A stretch of 64,000 nucleotides of DNA. Origin: a virus. Taxonomy: Duplodnaviria; Caudoviricetes. This document shows positions 6,538-16,787 of the stretch, in pieces. The DNA lies in IMG/VR virus record IMGVR_UViG_3300033073_001572, positions 10,418 to 74,417 of that record; one strand, written 5' to 3'. The position numbers and the translations under genes were made by a program. Every line of letters starts with the position of its first letter. Position 1 is the first letter of the stretch. Below the pieces are notes generated by a model, which was not told where the DNA came from, searched no databases, and was given only the letters and a program-made list of their open reading frames with translations.

Positions 6538-9495
6538 TTAAACTGCTGACGAAGCATTAACTACGAAATCGACTGAGATGAATTCTGCAGTTCTAACAGG
6601 CTGCAGCCAGATCTTGCCACGAATCGTGTTATTGTCAATGTCTGCTTGTGTCGTTGTTGATGTGTCTATTGCGACTTTGTATCTTGTGACGCCTGACCTG
6701 TTCTGGACATCCTGAAGGATTGGGTTAACCAGTGCATTGAATCTTGCAAGTGTTGCCTGTGTGTTGGGCTCGAAAAGGAGAGTATTTGCAACTGCACGAA
6801 CTCTTCTTCTCACATCGATGAGAAGTCTACGAACATTGACTCTATCAAGAGAAGATGCTGTTCTAAGAAGTGTCTTTTGACCCCACAATACAGTCTGACC
6901 TGTGCTTGACAGCTGGACGATGGGATTAATGTCTGCATCATAGATGGTGCCAAGTGTCGTAGAATTCTCTGAGAGTGGGACGCTTAGGCCGCCGGCAACA
7001 GCTGGTATTGTGCCGCGGGTTACACCAGCAGGTGCATACCAGGGTGCAAATGTATCATTAAGGGCATATGATGCCAATGCTGCTGCTGAAGGTGGAACCT
7101 GAACTGTGTCTCTAGAGCCAGGAAGTGAAATTGTTACGTCAGGGAAGTATGCCGCTGCAAATGATGTATTAAGACCCCTAGACCTGAAATCTGTAACGGT
7201 ATTCATAACGGAAACTGTCTGTGCCGAGGACGTGACGTACGTATTGAGTTCAGACCTCTGCTCAATGTCCATCAAATAGAGCGCATCAAACCTATTTTCA
7301 ACTGCTGAGATTGCATAGTTTGTAATGGCTGGAACTCTGATTCCTGGGATTGTCAAGAGCTGAATATTGACATCAGCTGTGCTACCCATAATGTCGATTG
7401 CCTTCTTGTATGCTGCGACTGTTGGGCCATTTATCCCACCCTGATTTGCTGGGTCGTCGATTTCTCTCTTTGCAGCGAGGTCAGTAAGGTTTGCCTTCTC
7501 TGCATTAAAGATATTTGTTCCATCAAACCCGCCCTGGAGGAAGAATGTAAAGTAAACATTCTGTCTATTGGCACTGAATGTGTCCTTGAGATCTTCAACA
7601 GTGAGCGCACGTGTCTTATTCGTGTCGTCTGCAACAATATTACCCTGTCTAATATATGATGCCGAGGGCCAAAGAATCGACTCGGGTGCCTGGTCGCCGT
7701 ACGCACCCGTTACGACCTGGATGTTTTCAATTGTGAACAAGTTATTGCAGAATGAATCTGCTTCTGGGCTATTGTCAATGAAGAACTTCTTACCTGTAAG
7801 ATCGTATGATGGGAAGAATCTAATGAAGCTCTCAATTCCTGCGTTGACAGGCGCTGTTGTGTTAGGCTCTGTCAGAGAAGTCGTTGACTCGAATTTTGTT
7901 CCCCATGTAAGGTCAGGGTTGACCGTAGCATTTGGAGATGCACCAACTGCAATCGTGCTTCTCATTGGAACGGGTGGGATCGAAGCCTGCGTCAGGATAT
8001 CTTCTTCACCTGCGAGAATTTGGGTTGTTGATGCCGTAAATGTTGTCAATTCACTTCCAGCTGTCTGGATAAATCCATAACCGCGGTATCCAGCAGGAAT
8101 TGCATCAAGAGGAACATTGCCAGCAAGGAAGTCTTCAGAAAGCTCTACTCTGATGAACTCGTTCGTTACTGGATAGTCGCCTTGAACAACAATCTTTTGA
8201 CTGCCAGCGCCTCTATCAAAATCAAAATAGATGCTTTGGTCACCGATGACAGCCGCAATGTAGTTTAGAGAGTTTGGATCAAATGTCAGACCTGGGAAAA
8301 CTTTTAGAGGATTTCCACCTTCATCAAGATGATTAGCTCTTCTAACTTCAAGATCGAATGTTGCGTAAGCATTTGCATCATCAGCGGGCTTTATGTTGCC
8401 AATGGTGATCTTATAATTCTTGCTTAGGTCAGGTGAAGAATTAGAAGTTGAAAGTGCACCATCAGAAATAGCATGCACTCTAAAGAGATCATATTTTGTC
8501 CCGCCGTAATCCTGCGAAACAACGTAAGGTGAAACGGGATGTGTGTATCTCTCGCGGAATTGCTCGTAATTGGGTGTCGTTGCTGACGACGTATTTCTAC
8601 CAATTGATGCCGAAGTAATGAATACTGCATCTTGCTTTGTTACATCACCATCTGATGTTGGATTTGCAAGAATTTGTGATCCAGTGATCGTTGCAACAAC
8701 GTCTGGGACGTCATACCATGTGTAGAGGTAGTGACCTGCCTGCTGAAACTTCCTAGGATCTCTATTGAGTGTATTGGCAAAGAAAGATTGAGAAACGCTG
8801 CTAAGAGATGCTGTTAGAACATTTGGATATTGTGCAGTTCCAATGTGACCATTCAACAAGAGGACGAAAGAGCTGTCAGCAAATGTAATCGATCCTGAAA
8901 CTGCGCCGCCGTCTGTTGCAACAGAATCAGGTGCATTTGAGGAATTAGAGTTACCGGAAAGCGTTAATGACACGCCTGAGGGTGTCATAACAACGCCACG
9001 AATGATTGGAAGTGCTTTCTCAGAGTCTTGGAGACCCGCTGATGAGAAGTAAGTTGATCCTGCAGACTCAGACATGTAGCAGCCTAAGAAATATGTCCTT
9101 CCAAGCACGCCACCTGAATTTGCGTATGGATTTGCTCCTACAATTCCGCTATCAAGAACCTGCTGTTCACCTACAACGAAACCTGCATTTGTAACAGCAC
9201 CCGTTGAAAGTGATCTGCGATTTCCATCACCAACGCCTAAAACGCGAAGATATGTTGCATTTCCGTTGAGTGAACTATTAAGCCAGAGATTTACTGCTAT
9301 TGGCCCAAATCTTGTGCCAGAATCTCCAAACTGGCTTGCGAACTGTCCAACTGAGCTATATGTTAGTGGTATAAATGCTGGACCTGCCTCGGCAGTTCCA
9401 ACAACACCTGCAGGAACGCCCGTAGCAACTCTAGCGGGTGCTGCTGATCTGTCGATCTCAGTTATCGTAACGCCTGGATAAGGTAGTGATGGCAT
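6538..9495 (-). CDS. Tail sheath protein 2 (gp18-like, large insertions)
   Basis: 985 aa. N-terminus PGVTITEID; C-terminus WYAPAGVTRG, INPIV, LWGQKTL, LDRVNVRRLLI, LFEPN, IWLQPVRTAEFISVDF. Confidence 0.95.
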   Translation of the reverse strand: MPSLPYPGVTITEIDRSAAPARVATGVPAGVVGTAEAGPAFIPLTYSSVGQFASQFGDSGTRFGPIAVNLWLNSSLNGNATYLRVLGVGDGNRRSLSTGAVTNAGFVVGEQQVLDSGIVGANPYANSGGVLGRTYFLGCYMSESAGSTYFSSAGLQDSEKALPIIRGVVMTPSGVSLTLSGNSNSSNAPDSVATDGGAVSGSITFADSSFVLLLNGHIGTAQYPNVLTASLSSVSQSFFANTLNRDPRKFQQAGHYLYTWYDVPDVVATITGSQILANPTSDGDVTKQDAVFITSASIGRNTSSATTPNYEQFRERYTHPVSPYVVSQDYGGTKYDLFRVHAISDGALSTSNSSPDLSKNYKITIGNIKPADDANAYATFDLEVRRANHLDEGGNPLKVFPGLTFDPNSLNYIAAVIGDQSIYFDFDRGAGSQKIVVQGDYPVTNEFIRVELSEDFLAGNVPLDAIPAGYRGYGFIQTAGSELTTFTASTTQILAGEEDILTQASIPPVPMRSTIAVGASPNATVNPDLTWGTKFESTTSLTEPNTTAPVNAGIESFIRFFPSYDLTGKKFFIDNSPEADSFCNNLFTIENIQVVTGAYGDQAPESILWPSASYIRQGNIVADDTNKTRALTVEDLKDTFSANRQNVYFTFFLQGGFDGTNIFNAEKANLTDLAAKREIDDPANQGGINGPTVAAYKKAIDIMGSTADVNIQLLTIPGIRVPAITNYAISAVENRFDALYLMDIEQRSELNTYVTSSAQTVSVMNTVTDFRSRGLNTSFAAAYFPDVTISLPGSRDTVQVPPSAAALASYALNDTFAPWYAPAGVTRGTIPAVAGGLSVPLSENSTTLGTIYDADINPIVQLSSTGQTVLWGQKTLLRTASSLDRVNVRRLLIDVRRRVRAVANTLLFEPNTQATLARFNALVNPILQDVQNRSGVTRYKVAIDTSTTTQADIDNNTIRGKIWLQPVRTAEFISVDFVVNASSAV

Positions 9496-9514
9496 TCTTA
9501 AATCCTCTTTAAAC

Positions 9515-9522
9515 TAAATATC
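9515..9522 (-). promoter_or_regulatory. Putative late promoter (GATATTTA)
   Basis: DATANTTA motif overlapping the sheath-1 stop codon, upstream of the sheath-2 SD (AGAGGA). Confidence 0.6.
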
Positions 9523-12500
9523 AAACAAACTCGACACCCGCATTCGTGATGATAAAGTCAATTGAAATATACTCAACTGCCTTTGTTGGAACGATAATAA
9601 TTGTTCCATTCAAACGATTTGCTTCGATGTCTTGCGACGTATTGTTAGACTCATTCATTATGATTCTAAAGCTGTCAATTCCACTTTGCGACTGTATTGT
9701 CGAAAAGTAAGGTGTAAGCAGGCTAACAAAACGTGTCCTTGTTCCAGGAGTGTTAGGTTCAAAGACGAACTGTAGACCAATTGCTGTAACTGCTCTTGCA
9801 AGTTCAATTAGCAACCTTCTAACATTGACACGATCAAGTGCTGTTTTAGCAACCTGGAGAGTCTTTTGGCCGAAAATTACATAACCAAGACCTGGGAATG
9901 ACGTGATCGGATTGATTCTTGCATCATATAAAGAATCTCTATCTGCGCTTGATAGTCTAACTGCAAGATTAACTACACTTGCAAGTGCTGCTCGATTGAA
10001 TCCGGCAGGTGCATACCATGGATAAGTCTTTGAGTCATTCTGCGCAAGAGCGCCAAGAGCAATTATTGATGCTGGAACTCTAACACGCTTATTACCAGGT
10101 GACGAATTGTCTGTTATTGAACCATCTGGGAAGTAAGTTGCAACATAATTGTTATTGATGGATCTTGAAGCAAACTCTCTAATCGTGTAGTTGACATCTG
10201 GAAGTTCGTTACCAAAAATTCTGTCACCGACATCAGTGTAAGCTGGAATATCCATCAAGTAGATTGCTCTTGCGTAGTTTCTTACGGCAGCTGACGTGTA
10301 TTCTGCAATGTCAGGTGATCTGATTCCGGGAATTGTAACAATATTCACTCTTGAAACTGCGCTATTTGTAATAATGTCTGCGGCGGAGCGATATGCACTG
10401 ACTAGCGCATTATTCTGTCCTGATGTGAAGTTGTTTGCCGCAATGTTCAGTCCAATGTCAGGAGCGTCGATAGCTTTTCCACCGAATGCCGATGATGTTG
10501 CTCTGTCATTCATTTTACGCATGTCTGTGTCAAGTGCGTTTAGACCATCAAATCCACCGTAGAACATGTTGGTGAACTTGATATAAGGTGAGAACCTATT
10601 GAATGCGAAGGCATCGGGTGTCGAGGCAAGTGATGCTAATGTCAATCTACCTGAGATTGACCCATCTGTGATGGTCCCATCAACTGGGTCAGGTGTTGCA
10701 TTTCTGACGTATATCGCATTAACCATATGCTGGTCAAGTGTCCCTGTCAGATTATTGTTTATTGCTGTTGCCACCGAACCGGTGCCCTTTGAATTGTAAA
10801 GTGCAACATTTGCAAGGCTAAACTTGTCATTACAGACGCTATCTGCTGCTGAACCGGTTAGTAGAACGTCAAGCTTTTGAATTCCTGAGAATCTTGCAAA
10901 TGATTCGACTAGCGGGTTTAAAGCATTTTCTGTGATGTAGTTAGACTGAAGTGTTGCTGATGAAACGTCATTTATTGATGGGAATTTCTCAAACTTAATT
11001 CCCCAGTAGAGGTTTGCGTTAGCTGTCTCTTGGGTTCCTGCTTCACCTTGAAATGCGGGTGTCGAATCAGTTGAACCAATTGTGACCTTATAGCGCATGG
11101 GAACAGGCGGTGCAATTGAACCAGTTAGCAGTTCTGAACCTACTGGAAGCAGGCCTGCTAGTCTTCTGCTAAGTGTAGAGTCGTCATGATCTGTAAGACC
11201 ATCTGTAAACTTAAGCGTAGGAAGACCCCTGAAACCGAATGGCAGGGCTGTGACTGGGACTGTCTTGTTTTGGACACCCTCTGCCATAATGACTCTTACG
11301 CGGGTCGAATTATTTGGATACTTTCCTGATGAGACAAAGTTGCGATCAAGAGGGTTGACTGCATCAAAATTAAAATAGACCTTCTTGTCACCAATCTTTC
11401 TTGCAATGTAGTTCTGGTCGTCTGGGTTTAATGTGCAATTGACAAACTGCTCATAAATGACTGGACTAAAATCTGTATCGTAGAAATCTCTAACGATGAC
11501 ATCGAATGTGCCATATTGATTATTGATGTCAAGTGATCTACGAATATTTGAAATTGAAATCTTAAACTGTGTATTAGCAGCTGTTCCGTCACCAAGCGTC
11601 TCAAAGTGAAAGAGGTCATATTCATTTGAACCGTATGGTTGCGAAATAAACGATGTTGTCCTTGCTGGTGAGAATCTTGCATCAAATCGACCAAATGCAT
11701 CAGCAAATGTTTGTGTTGCATCACCTGATGAATCTGATGTTGCTGCAGATCCCGAAAGGATTGCAACACTACCTGCCGTTGTTGCAACTGATGCGATTTC
11801 ATTCTCAACTGCGAAGTCAAGGTAGAGTAGGTGCTGCTTCTCTTCAAAGAGGTCAGGTGACGTATTAAGAACTTTGGAGATGTATGACGGACTTGCAGGA
11901 TTTAGTGATGCTGTAAAGACCTTGACTGAATCGTAGCCATCTACTGATCCGTAGGATGATGCAGATGACGAGATGACTAGCTTGAATGTCTGGTATGTCG
12001 CTGATGTAGTCACTGGGTCGATAGAAGCAGCGTCATCTGCAACATTGACTGGTGAATAGTCCTGGTTGTAGCTAAGAACCATGCCTCGGGTTCCCGTTGG
12101 GAATAGAAGGACGCCCCTAACCAGATTAGCTGTTCCCCCGCCGCCTGCTGCTACATCGAAGCTGTCGTTATCAACAAAGATCGGATATGATGCATCAACA
12201 TCTGATGAAACATTATGTGAAGCAACAAGAAATTGTGTTGCACCGACTAGGCGACCATCATCAGCTGGCGTGCCCTTGATAACAAATCCTGCACCCTTTG
12301 CAGTCCCCTGAGTTTGTGTCTGCTGGATGTCGCCTGCTGTCCTATTTGCGCCGACGCCTAATGTCCTGACAAATGTCAGAGCATTTCCATATCTAAAAAA
12401 TTCTTGTGCTGCAAAGTATGAATTATTTCTTTCTTCTGATGTTCCAAAGAATCGATCTTTGAACTCATTCACAGATGTCACAGTAACAGGAACAAATGCA

Positions 12501-12622
12501 GGACCGATAGGCGTTGGTCCGATCACACCTGCTGGTGTGGCAGTCACGTTTCCAGGTGTCACAATCGATAAATCAATTTCACTTTCAAAGAACCCGGGAG
12601 CGCGATAAGTTATCTCTGCCAT
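9521..12622 (-). CDS. Tail sheath protein 1 (gp18-like, large insertions)
   Basis: 1033 aa. N-terminus APGFFESEIDLS; C-terminus PWYAPAGFNRA, LYDARINPI, IFGQKTL, LDRVNVRRLLI, FVFEPN, IVPTKAVEYISIDF. Confidence 0.95.
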   Translation of the reverse strand: MAEITYRAPGFFESEIDLSIVTPGNVTATPAGVIGPTPIGPAFVPVTVTSVNEFKDRFFGTSEERNNSYFAAQEFFRYGNALTFVRTLGVGANRTAGDIQQTQTQGTAKGAGFVIKGTPADDGRLVGATQFLVASHNVSSDVDASYPIFVDNDSFDVAAGGGGTANLVRGVLLFPTGTRGMVLSYNQDYSPVNVADDAASIDPVTTSATYQTFKLVISSSASSYGSVDGYDSVKVFTASLNPASPSYISKVLNTSPDLFEEKQHLLYLDFAVENEIASVATTAGSVAILSGSAATSDSSGDATQTFADAFGRFDARFSPARTTSFISQPYGSNEYDLFHFETLGDGTAANTQFKISISNIRRSLDINNQYGTFDVIVRDFYDTDFSPVIYEQFVNCTLNPDDQNYIARKIGDKKVYFNFDAVNPLDRNFVSSGKYPNNSTRVRVIMAEGVQNKTVPVTALPFGFRGLPTLKFTDGLTDHDDSTLSRRLAGLLPVGSELLTGSIAPPVPMRYKVTIGSTDSTPAFQGEAGTQETANANLYWGIKFEKFPSINDVSSATLQSNYITENALNPLVESFARFSGIQKLDVLLTGSAADSVCNDKFSLANVALYNSKGTGSVATAINNNLTGTLDQHMVNAIYVRNATPDPVDGTITDGSISGRLTLASLASTPDAFAFNRFSPYIKFTNMFYGGFDGLNALDTDMRKMNDRATSSAFGGKAIDAPDIGLNIAANNFTSGQNNALVSAYRSAADIITNSAVSRVNIVTIPGIRSPDIAEYTSAAVRNYARAIYLMDIPAYTDVGDRIFGNELPDVNYTIREFASRSINNNYVATYFPDGSITDNSSPGNKRVRVPASIIALGALAQNDSKTYPWYAPAGFNRAALASVVNLAVRLSSADRDSLYDARINPITSFPGLGYVIFGQKTLQVAKTALDRVNVRRLLIELARAVTAIGLQFVFEPNTPGTRTRFVSLLTPYFSTIQSQSGIDSFRIIMNESNNTSQDIEANRLNGTIIIVPTKAVEYISIDFIITNAGVEFV

Positions 12623-12647
12623 TTTTTCTCCACTTACACTTTGGTTA

Positions 12648-12655
12648 TAAGTATC
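12648..12655 (-). promoter_or_regulatory. Putative late promoter (GATACTTA)
   Basis: DATANTTA motif upstream of the sheath-1 SD (GGAG). Confidence 0.6.
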
Positions 12656-12674
12656 CCATCAGCCTGAAGAAATC

Positions 12675-13865
12675 TTAAATCTTAACAATCTCAGTCAAGG
12701 TAGATTTTCTAGCTGGAACAACCTGCTCACCCGACCTTATATCTCTATATATAATCTTTTCGTATTTGTTGTTGCCTTGGTTGCCTACAAAAGCCTTGAC
12801 ATTTTCATCCTCACCACGCACTGTGTGCGGGATCCCATTTTCAGTCAAATGAGTTGTGTCTGTCAGGATGAATCTATTGATTTTTGCATCTGCATGCTGG
12901 TTTAGAGGTTCTTCGGCAATCTGTGTTCTAGCATCATAGATTCCAAATATAACTTCAGGTGCTGACTGGAATTTCCTAAAAGGTGATCCCAGGCCTGGGT
13001 GTTTGGGGGCGAGAAGATACGCGGGAACTTTTATGTCAAAGCTATATTTGATGATTCTTTCATCATTTGTATAATCATCAAAGTTGTCATTATTAGAAAA
13101 CGGACCTTGGACAAATGCTGTAAACGTATATCCTTTCTTGGTCGTAATTTGAAATTCATGTCCTTGTCCATCAAACTTGAACATCATCGTTTCAAGTAAC
13201 TGGTTCATCTGTTGGACATATTGTGTCCAAAAGACAACGTTATACGTCATACCAACGAATTGCGGATAGGGAATCGTGATAATTTCAAAGATATTTTTAC
13301 CTAAGTCACCCTGGAGCGTCGTTCCAAGCTTGCCTGGTCCGTATGCAATTCCTGGACCATTTCGGCGGGATGCCTGGGTTCCTGGTACTGCACCGTCTCC
13401 AGGAGATGTATTATTTTCAATAAAGTGCGATCTTGCTGTGACGTTATCCTGGTTCTTTAACGACATCTTATTGACGATATTTTGATAATCTCTGTCTGCC
13501 GTGTCAAGACGTTTTCTGATGACATAGTCAGCAGGTTGTCTGAATGATATTGCAGTTCCGCCAACTTCGGATTCAGTTTTGTGACCGATGCTTGTCCGCT
13601 TAATGGCAATTAGAGGAAGAATCAAAGCATTATTTTTGTCTCTAATTGGTTTCTGGCGTTTCACAAGCGCAAATCTTTCACCTGCAGAAAATACGACAGG
13701 AACCTTAGTTGTCTGTTCATTGACCTTTACTTCAAATGCAAGTTTCTTGTCAAAAAGCTCAAACAAAGCCCTGTCAATATCTTCAATGCCACACGAAGGT
13801 ATACTAAAGTCATCTGGGACGTTATAACCCTCATAACCTTTCTTGAGCTTTTCTTGTTTGGGCAT
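12675..13865 (-). CDS. Tail completion / sheath stabiliser, T4 gp15-like
   Basis: 396 aa: IDRALF, KVPVVFSAGERF, LPLIAIKR, IPYPQFVGMTYNVVFWTQYVQQMNQLLE. Lies between neck and sheath genes. Confidence 0.7.
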   Translation of the reverse strand: MPKQEKLKKGYEGYNVPDDFSIPSCGIEDIDRALFELFDKKLAFEVKVNEQTTKVPVVFSAGERFALVKRQKPIRDKNNALILPLIAIKRTSIGHKTESEVGGTAISFRQPADYVIRKRLDTADRDYQNIVNKMSLKNQDNVTARSHFIENNTSPGDGAVPGTQASRRNGPGIAYGPGKLGTTLQGDLGKNIFEIITIPYPQFVGMTYNVVFWTQYVQQMNQLLETMMFKFDGQGHEFQITTKKGYTFTAFVQGPFSNNDNFDDYTNDERIIKYSFDIKVPAYLLAPKHPGLGSPFRKFQSAPEVIFGIYDARTQIAEEPLNQHADAKINRFILTDTTHLTENGIPHTVRGEDENVKAFVGNQGNNKYEKIIYRDIRSGEQVVPARKSTLTEIVKI

Positions 13866-13870
13866 TTTAA

Positions 13871-14536
13871 TTAACTCTCATCGTAGAATGAAGATCCTGC
13901 GCCTGTAGTATCGCCCGCAGGAGAAACCTCCGCCGGACCCGTAAGCGGCGCATCAAGAACACCATTCTTTTGAAGATCTCTAACGTCTGCTGTCTCACCA
14001 AGACGATTCTCAGCAAAGCCTCTTTGCTGGACGTATGTTGTTTGAACAGCATCAGCATCGGTGTATTCTTCGCCCTTAGGACCAAAGACTTTCGAAAGGA
14101 ATTGACCTTTTCTTGCCTGTTTTCCTGTAAGAGTATAGTATGTCTTGTGTTCAATTTGTCCGAAAATAACGTCGGTCCTAGGTGACTTAATTACTTCAAA
14201 GAATGTTGTTCCGTAGCTGAAGAAATCACCTTCATGAACTTCTATGCCTTTGTCGAGAAGATCTCTAAACTGGATGTAGCATTCGATAGAGTAGTATTCT
14301 TCAGAACCGAACCTGTTAGTCCTAACATCTTGAGGTGAATATTTGACAATTGCATCTATCTCAATAGGCTTTTCAAAGATCTTCTCTGGCGATTCCTCGT
14401 AGACATCATGCACTTGAGATTTAATGTTACTGACTGAGAAGTAGTAAATCTTCTGCCCAATGACATCCTTAACTAACTCTTTTGTCAGGTCACTAATGAG
14501 GTTAATCTCACGCTCTGTTATAAAAAGTCTTCCCAT
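13871..14536 (-). CDS. Neck protein, T4 gp14-like
   Basis: 221 aa: ELVKDVIGQKIYY, VYEESPEKIF, EGDFFSYGTTFFEV. Synteny gp13-gp14-gp15. Confidence 0.7.
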   Translation of the reverse strand: MGRLFITEREINLISDLTKELVKDVIGQKIYYFSVSNIKSQVHDVYEESPEKIFEKPIEIDAIVKYSPQDVRTNRFGSEEYYSIECYIQFRDLLDKGIEVHEGDFFSYGTTFFEVIKSPRTDVIFGQIEHKTYYTLTGKQARKGQFLSKVFGPKGEEYTDADAVQTTYVQQRGFAENRLGETADVRDLQKNGVLDAPLTGPAEVSPAGDTTGAGSSFYDES

Positions 14537-14539
14537 TCA

Positions 14540-15718
14540 TCACCCCGTTGTTATTGCTCTACCATTGGGAACAGGAATCTTAGCCAACTGCTTTGTAAGA
14601 TTCTCAGATCTTGCCGCAGCATTCTCAATAAGCTTGTCATATGTTAGTGTTTCTAACATCTCCTTAAGCTTAGTGACCAATTCCTTTTTATCTTCTCTAC
14701 CTTTCGCAACCAAGTCGCCGCCATTTAATGTAACAGTTCCTCCTGGAATTGGAACAGTTGTAAACTTATTACGAATCATTCCAAGCTGTTCCATGCTCAA
14801 AGAAAGTGTATATTGACGTATCCATTGCAATCCCATGCTATTGATCTTTGAGTAAGTTAGATTTCCAAATGGAATATTGCCTAAGTTATTTACACCATTG
14901 ATTGTATCATCCTGGAAGCTCGGATCTGTCGGATTTTGCCAAAACTTGACTCTTACAAAGAGTTTAATGGGTTGTGCGTGAACTTGTGTAGGCATAGGAA
15001 AGATCCTGATCTTAGTTCCTACGACCTTATATGAGTAATTTGAACGTCTAACGCGATTTGAAAGATCAAGTTGCCCTGCCCTTAGTATGTCTTCAAAAAC
15101 TGGCAAAACATAGAAAATCGTCTCAGGTGTGAATGATTCAAATGCAAACTCATTATTTAGATAATTGACCGCTGAAGTTGTGTCAAAGAATCGATAAGCA
15201 GCTTGCGGGTTGAAGTGGAACACCTCCATAATGCGCATCTTGGATTTGGGATCTGTATTAAGCGATGATGTGTAAAGGGGTGTTCCGGTTGAGTCTTTTA
15301 GATCTGTGTAAAGATCATAATCTTGCTGTCCTGGCGTAAGATCAATTGATCCTGAGTACATGTTGTATGATCCACCTAAACCTGCCTCGGATGAATATGC
15401 GTCAGCAAATCTTGCAAGATATTCTAGGCTATCTCTTGGATAAAGCGATTCAAGACCGGATTGTGACTGTGTGCTGTAACCAAGATATGTCAATAGAGTT
15501 GACTTGGCCTGGTATTGATTTAGAACATTACCGTATTCTAGGCAAGCTTCTTCTAGGTTTGCCCAAATCTGCTTCTTAGTCAATTCAACGCTAAGAATAT
15601 CGTCACCAAGCTTTCTCTTGACAAAGACAATCATCCTATCGGCATCTGCCTGAAAGGATGTGTCTGCATCAAATATACCGAACGGTGTAGGAAACTGTGT
15701 TTGAACAAATGTCGACAT
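14540..15718 (-). CDS. Neck/adaptor protein, T4 gp13-like
   Basis: 392 aa: VKRKLGDDILSVELT, WIRQYTLSLSMEQLGMIRNKF, PGGTVTLNGGDL. Confidence 0.8.
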   Translation of the reverse strand: MSTFVQTQFPTPFGIFDADTSFQADADRMIVFVKRKLGDDILSVELTKKQIWANLEEACLEYGNVLNQYQAKSTLLTYLGYSTQSQSGLESLYPRDSLEYLARFADAYSSEAGLGGSYNMYSGSIDLTPGQQDYDLYTDLKDSTGTPLYTSSLNTDPKSKMRIMEVFHFNPQAAYRFFDTTSAVNYLNNEFAFESFTPETIFYVLPVFEDILRAGQLDLSNRVRRSNYSYKVVGTKIRIFPMPTQVHAQPIKLFVRVKFWQNPTDPSFQDDTINGVNNLGNIPFGNLTYSKINSMGLQWIRQYTLSLSMEQLGMIRNKFTTVPIPGGTVTLNGGDLVAKGREDKKELVTKLKEMLETLTYDKLIENAAARSENLTKQLAKIPVPNGRAITTG

Positions 15719-15733
15719 GCTGCCACCTAGGCA

Positions 15734-15741
15734 TAAATATC
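15734..15741 (-). promoter_or_regulatory. Putative late promoter (GATATTTA)
   Basis: DATANTTA motif 15 nt upstream of the neck gene ATG. Confidence 0.55.
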
Positions 15742-15756
15742 ATTCGACATGATGTT

Positions 15757-15939
15757 TTAACCGTTCTTACTTTTAGAGATCTCAATAGCAGTCAACTGAC
15801 GCTTAGCTGCTGCTTCTGTATCATGTGTCCCTAGACGTTTCCCGCCTTTCTTGGGATAAACTGCCCATTTTCCATTAGGAAGATGAACAATTCTCTCGTT
15901 AAGAAACTCGCGAATAAATTTTCTTAAAGCATCTATCAA
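15757..15939 (-). CDS. Small basic protein, probable internal head protein
   Basis: 60 aa. TTG start overlaps the upstream stop. N-terminal LRKFIREFLNE followed by basic GKWAVYPKKGGKRLGTH..AAKRQLTAI. Confidence 0.65.
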   Translation of the reverse strand: MIDALRKFIREFLNERIVHLPNGKWAVYPKKGGKRLGTHDTEAAAKRQLTAIEISKSKNG

Positions 15940-16268
15940 CGACGCTTCTTCTTGTTATTGGGTTGATTTTTTGAATTTTGTGGCTTTGCAGCTGTTGAAT
16001 GAACTTGCGCAGTTACTTTGACACTAACATCAACAGCAGGAGGTGCATCAACGACATCCTGTGCAACCTCGGCCTCTTCTTCTACGACTGTAGGTTCAGA
16101 TGGGGCTTCTTCCACGTCAAGAGTAGATTGAACTGTATCTGCTGCTTTTGGTGTTGCATCTTGATCAAGAACTTCAGCGTCATTGTGAACGACCTGGCTA
16201 ACTTCGGGTGCAGGTGTTACTTGCTCTTTGGCATGTTGTGCATGATGCTTATGATAGATGATAGCCAT
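15936..16268 (-). CDS. Hypothetical low-complexity protein (110 aa; acidic core, basic ends)
   Basis: SD AGGAAGG and a sigma70-like promoter upstream. Rich in Val/Glu/Ala/Pro/Asp, with a KKKRR C-terminus. Confidence 0.65.
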   Translation of the reverse strand: MAIIYHKHHAQHAKEQVTPAPEVSQVVHNDAEVLDQDATPKAADTVQSTLDVEEAPSEPTVVEEEAEVAQDVVDAPPAVDVSVKVTAQVHSTAAKPQNSKNQPNNKKKRR

Positions 16269-16300
16269 AAAAAATACCTTCCTATTAACAGATAATATCT

Positions 16301-16329
16301 ATTATACAGCATAAAACCCACCCGGTTAA
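16301..16329 (-). promoter_or_regulatory. Sigma70-type promoter
   Basis: Minus strand TTAACC-N17-TATAAT with TG immediately upstream of the -10 box. It overlaps the terminator hairpin. Confidence 0.5.
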
Positions 16330-16339
16330 GGGTGGGTTT
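16313..16339 (-). terminator. Intrinsic terminator after the 142-aa gene
   Basis: 10-bp stem AAACCCACCC/GGGTGGGTTT with a 6-nt loop, ending in TTTT on the minus strand. Confidence 0.75.
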
Positions 16340-16358
16340 CAAAAATATCAAATCATGC

Positions 16359-16787
16359 TCAGGAGAAAGCGAGTGAACCGCTCTGTGCCATGACAGTGAA
16401 GTTCTTGCCATCGGAGATGAGCGTGAATGAGTCACCTACAGCGACGCCTGCTGAGAATGCAAGCTTTGCACCGTGGCTAGTTGCATCGGCGAAAACCTTG
16501 GTGCCGGGAACCTCTGCCGATCCTGTGACCCAGTGAGCATAAGCTGTTGCTGCACGGAATACGAAGACACCGCCTGGAACTGCAGATGCGAGAGGCATTG
16601 TAACTGACGAAGCTGAGCCGCCTGCGATGGTGTAGACGCCTGGTGATGTGACAGTTGCGGGTGCAGTGATAGGCTGGACTGGTGATGTGGGAAGAGCGCT
16701 GAGGGCGAGGGCATCGGTGTTGATCTCGAAACCTGTGCCGGTCTCCTGGACGAGACCCTTTGATTCTGTATAAACAACTTTGGGCAT
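16359..16787 (-). CDS. Probable capsid decoration / high-copy virion protein
   Basis: 142 aa, rich in beta-formers, Ala and Gly. Perfect SD AGGAGG, own late promoter and terminator, and capsid-like C/G-ending codon bias. Function is inferred. Confidence 0.55.
   Translation of the reverse strand: MPKVVYTESKGLVQETGTGFEINTDALALSALPTSPVQPITAPATVTSPGVYTIAGGSASSVTMPLASAVPGGVFVFRAATAYAHWVTGSAEVPGTKVFADATSHGAKLAFSAGVAVGDSFTLISDGKNFTVMAQSGSLAFS

Noticed and set aside
6018-12622. Interpretation as a bacterial extracellular contractile injection system or T6SS
   Set aside because: Capsid, portal, protease, terminase and primase are in the same block, so this is a phage.
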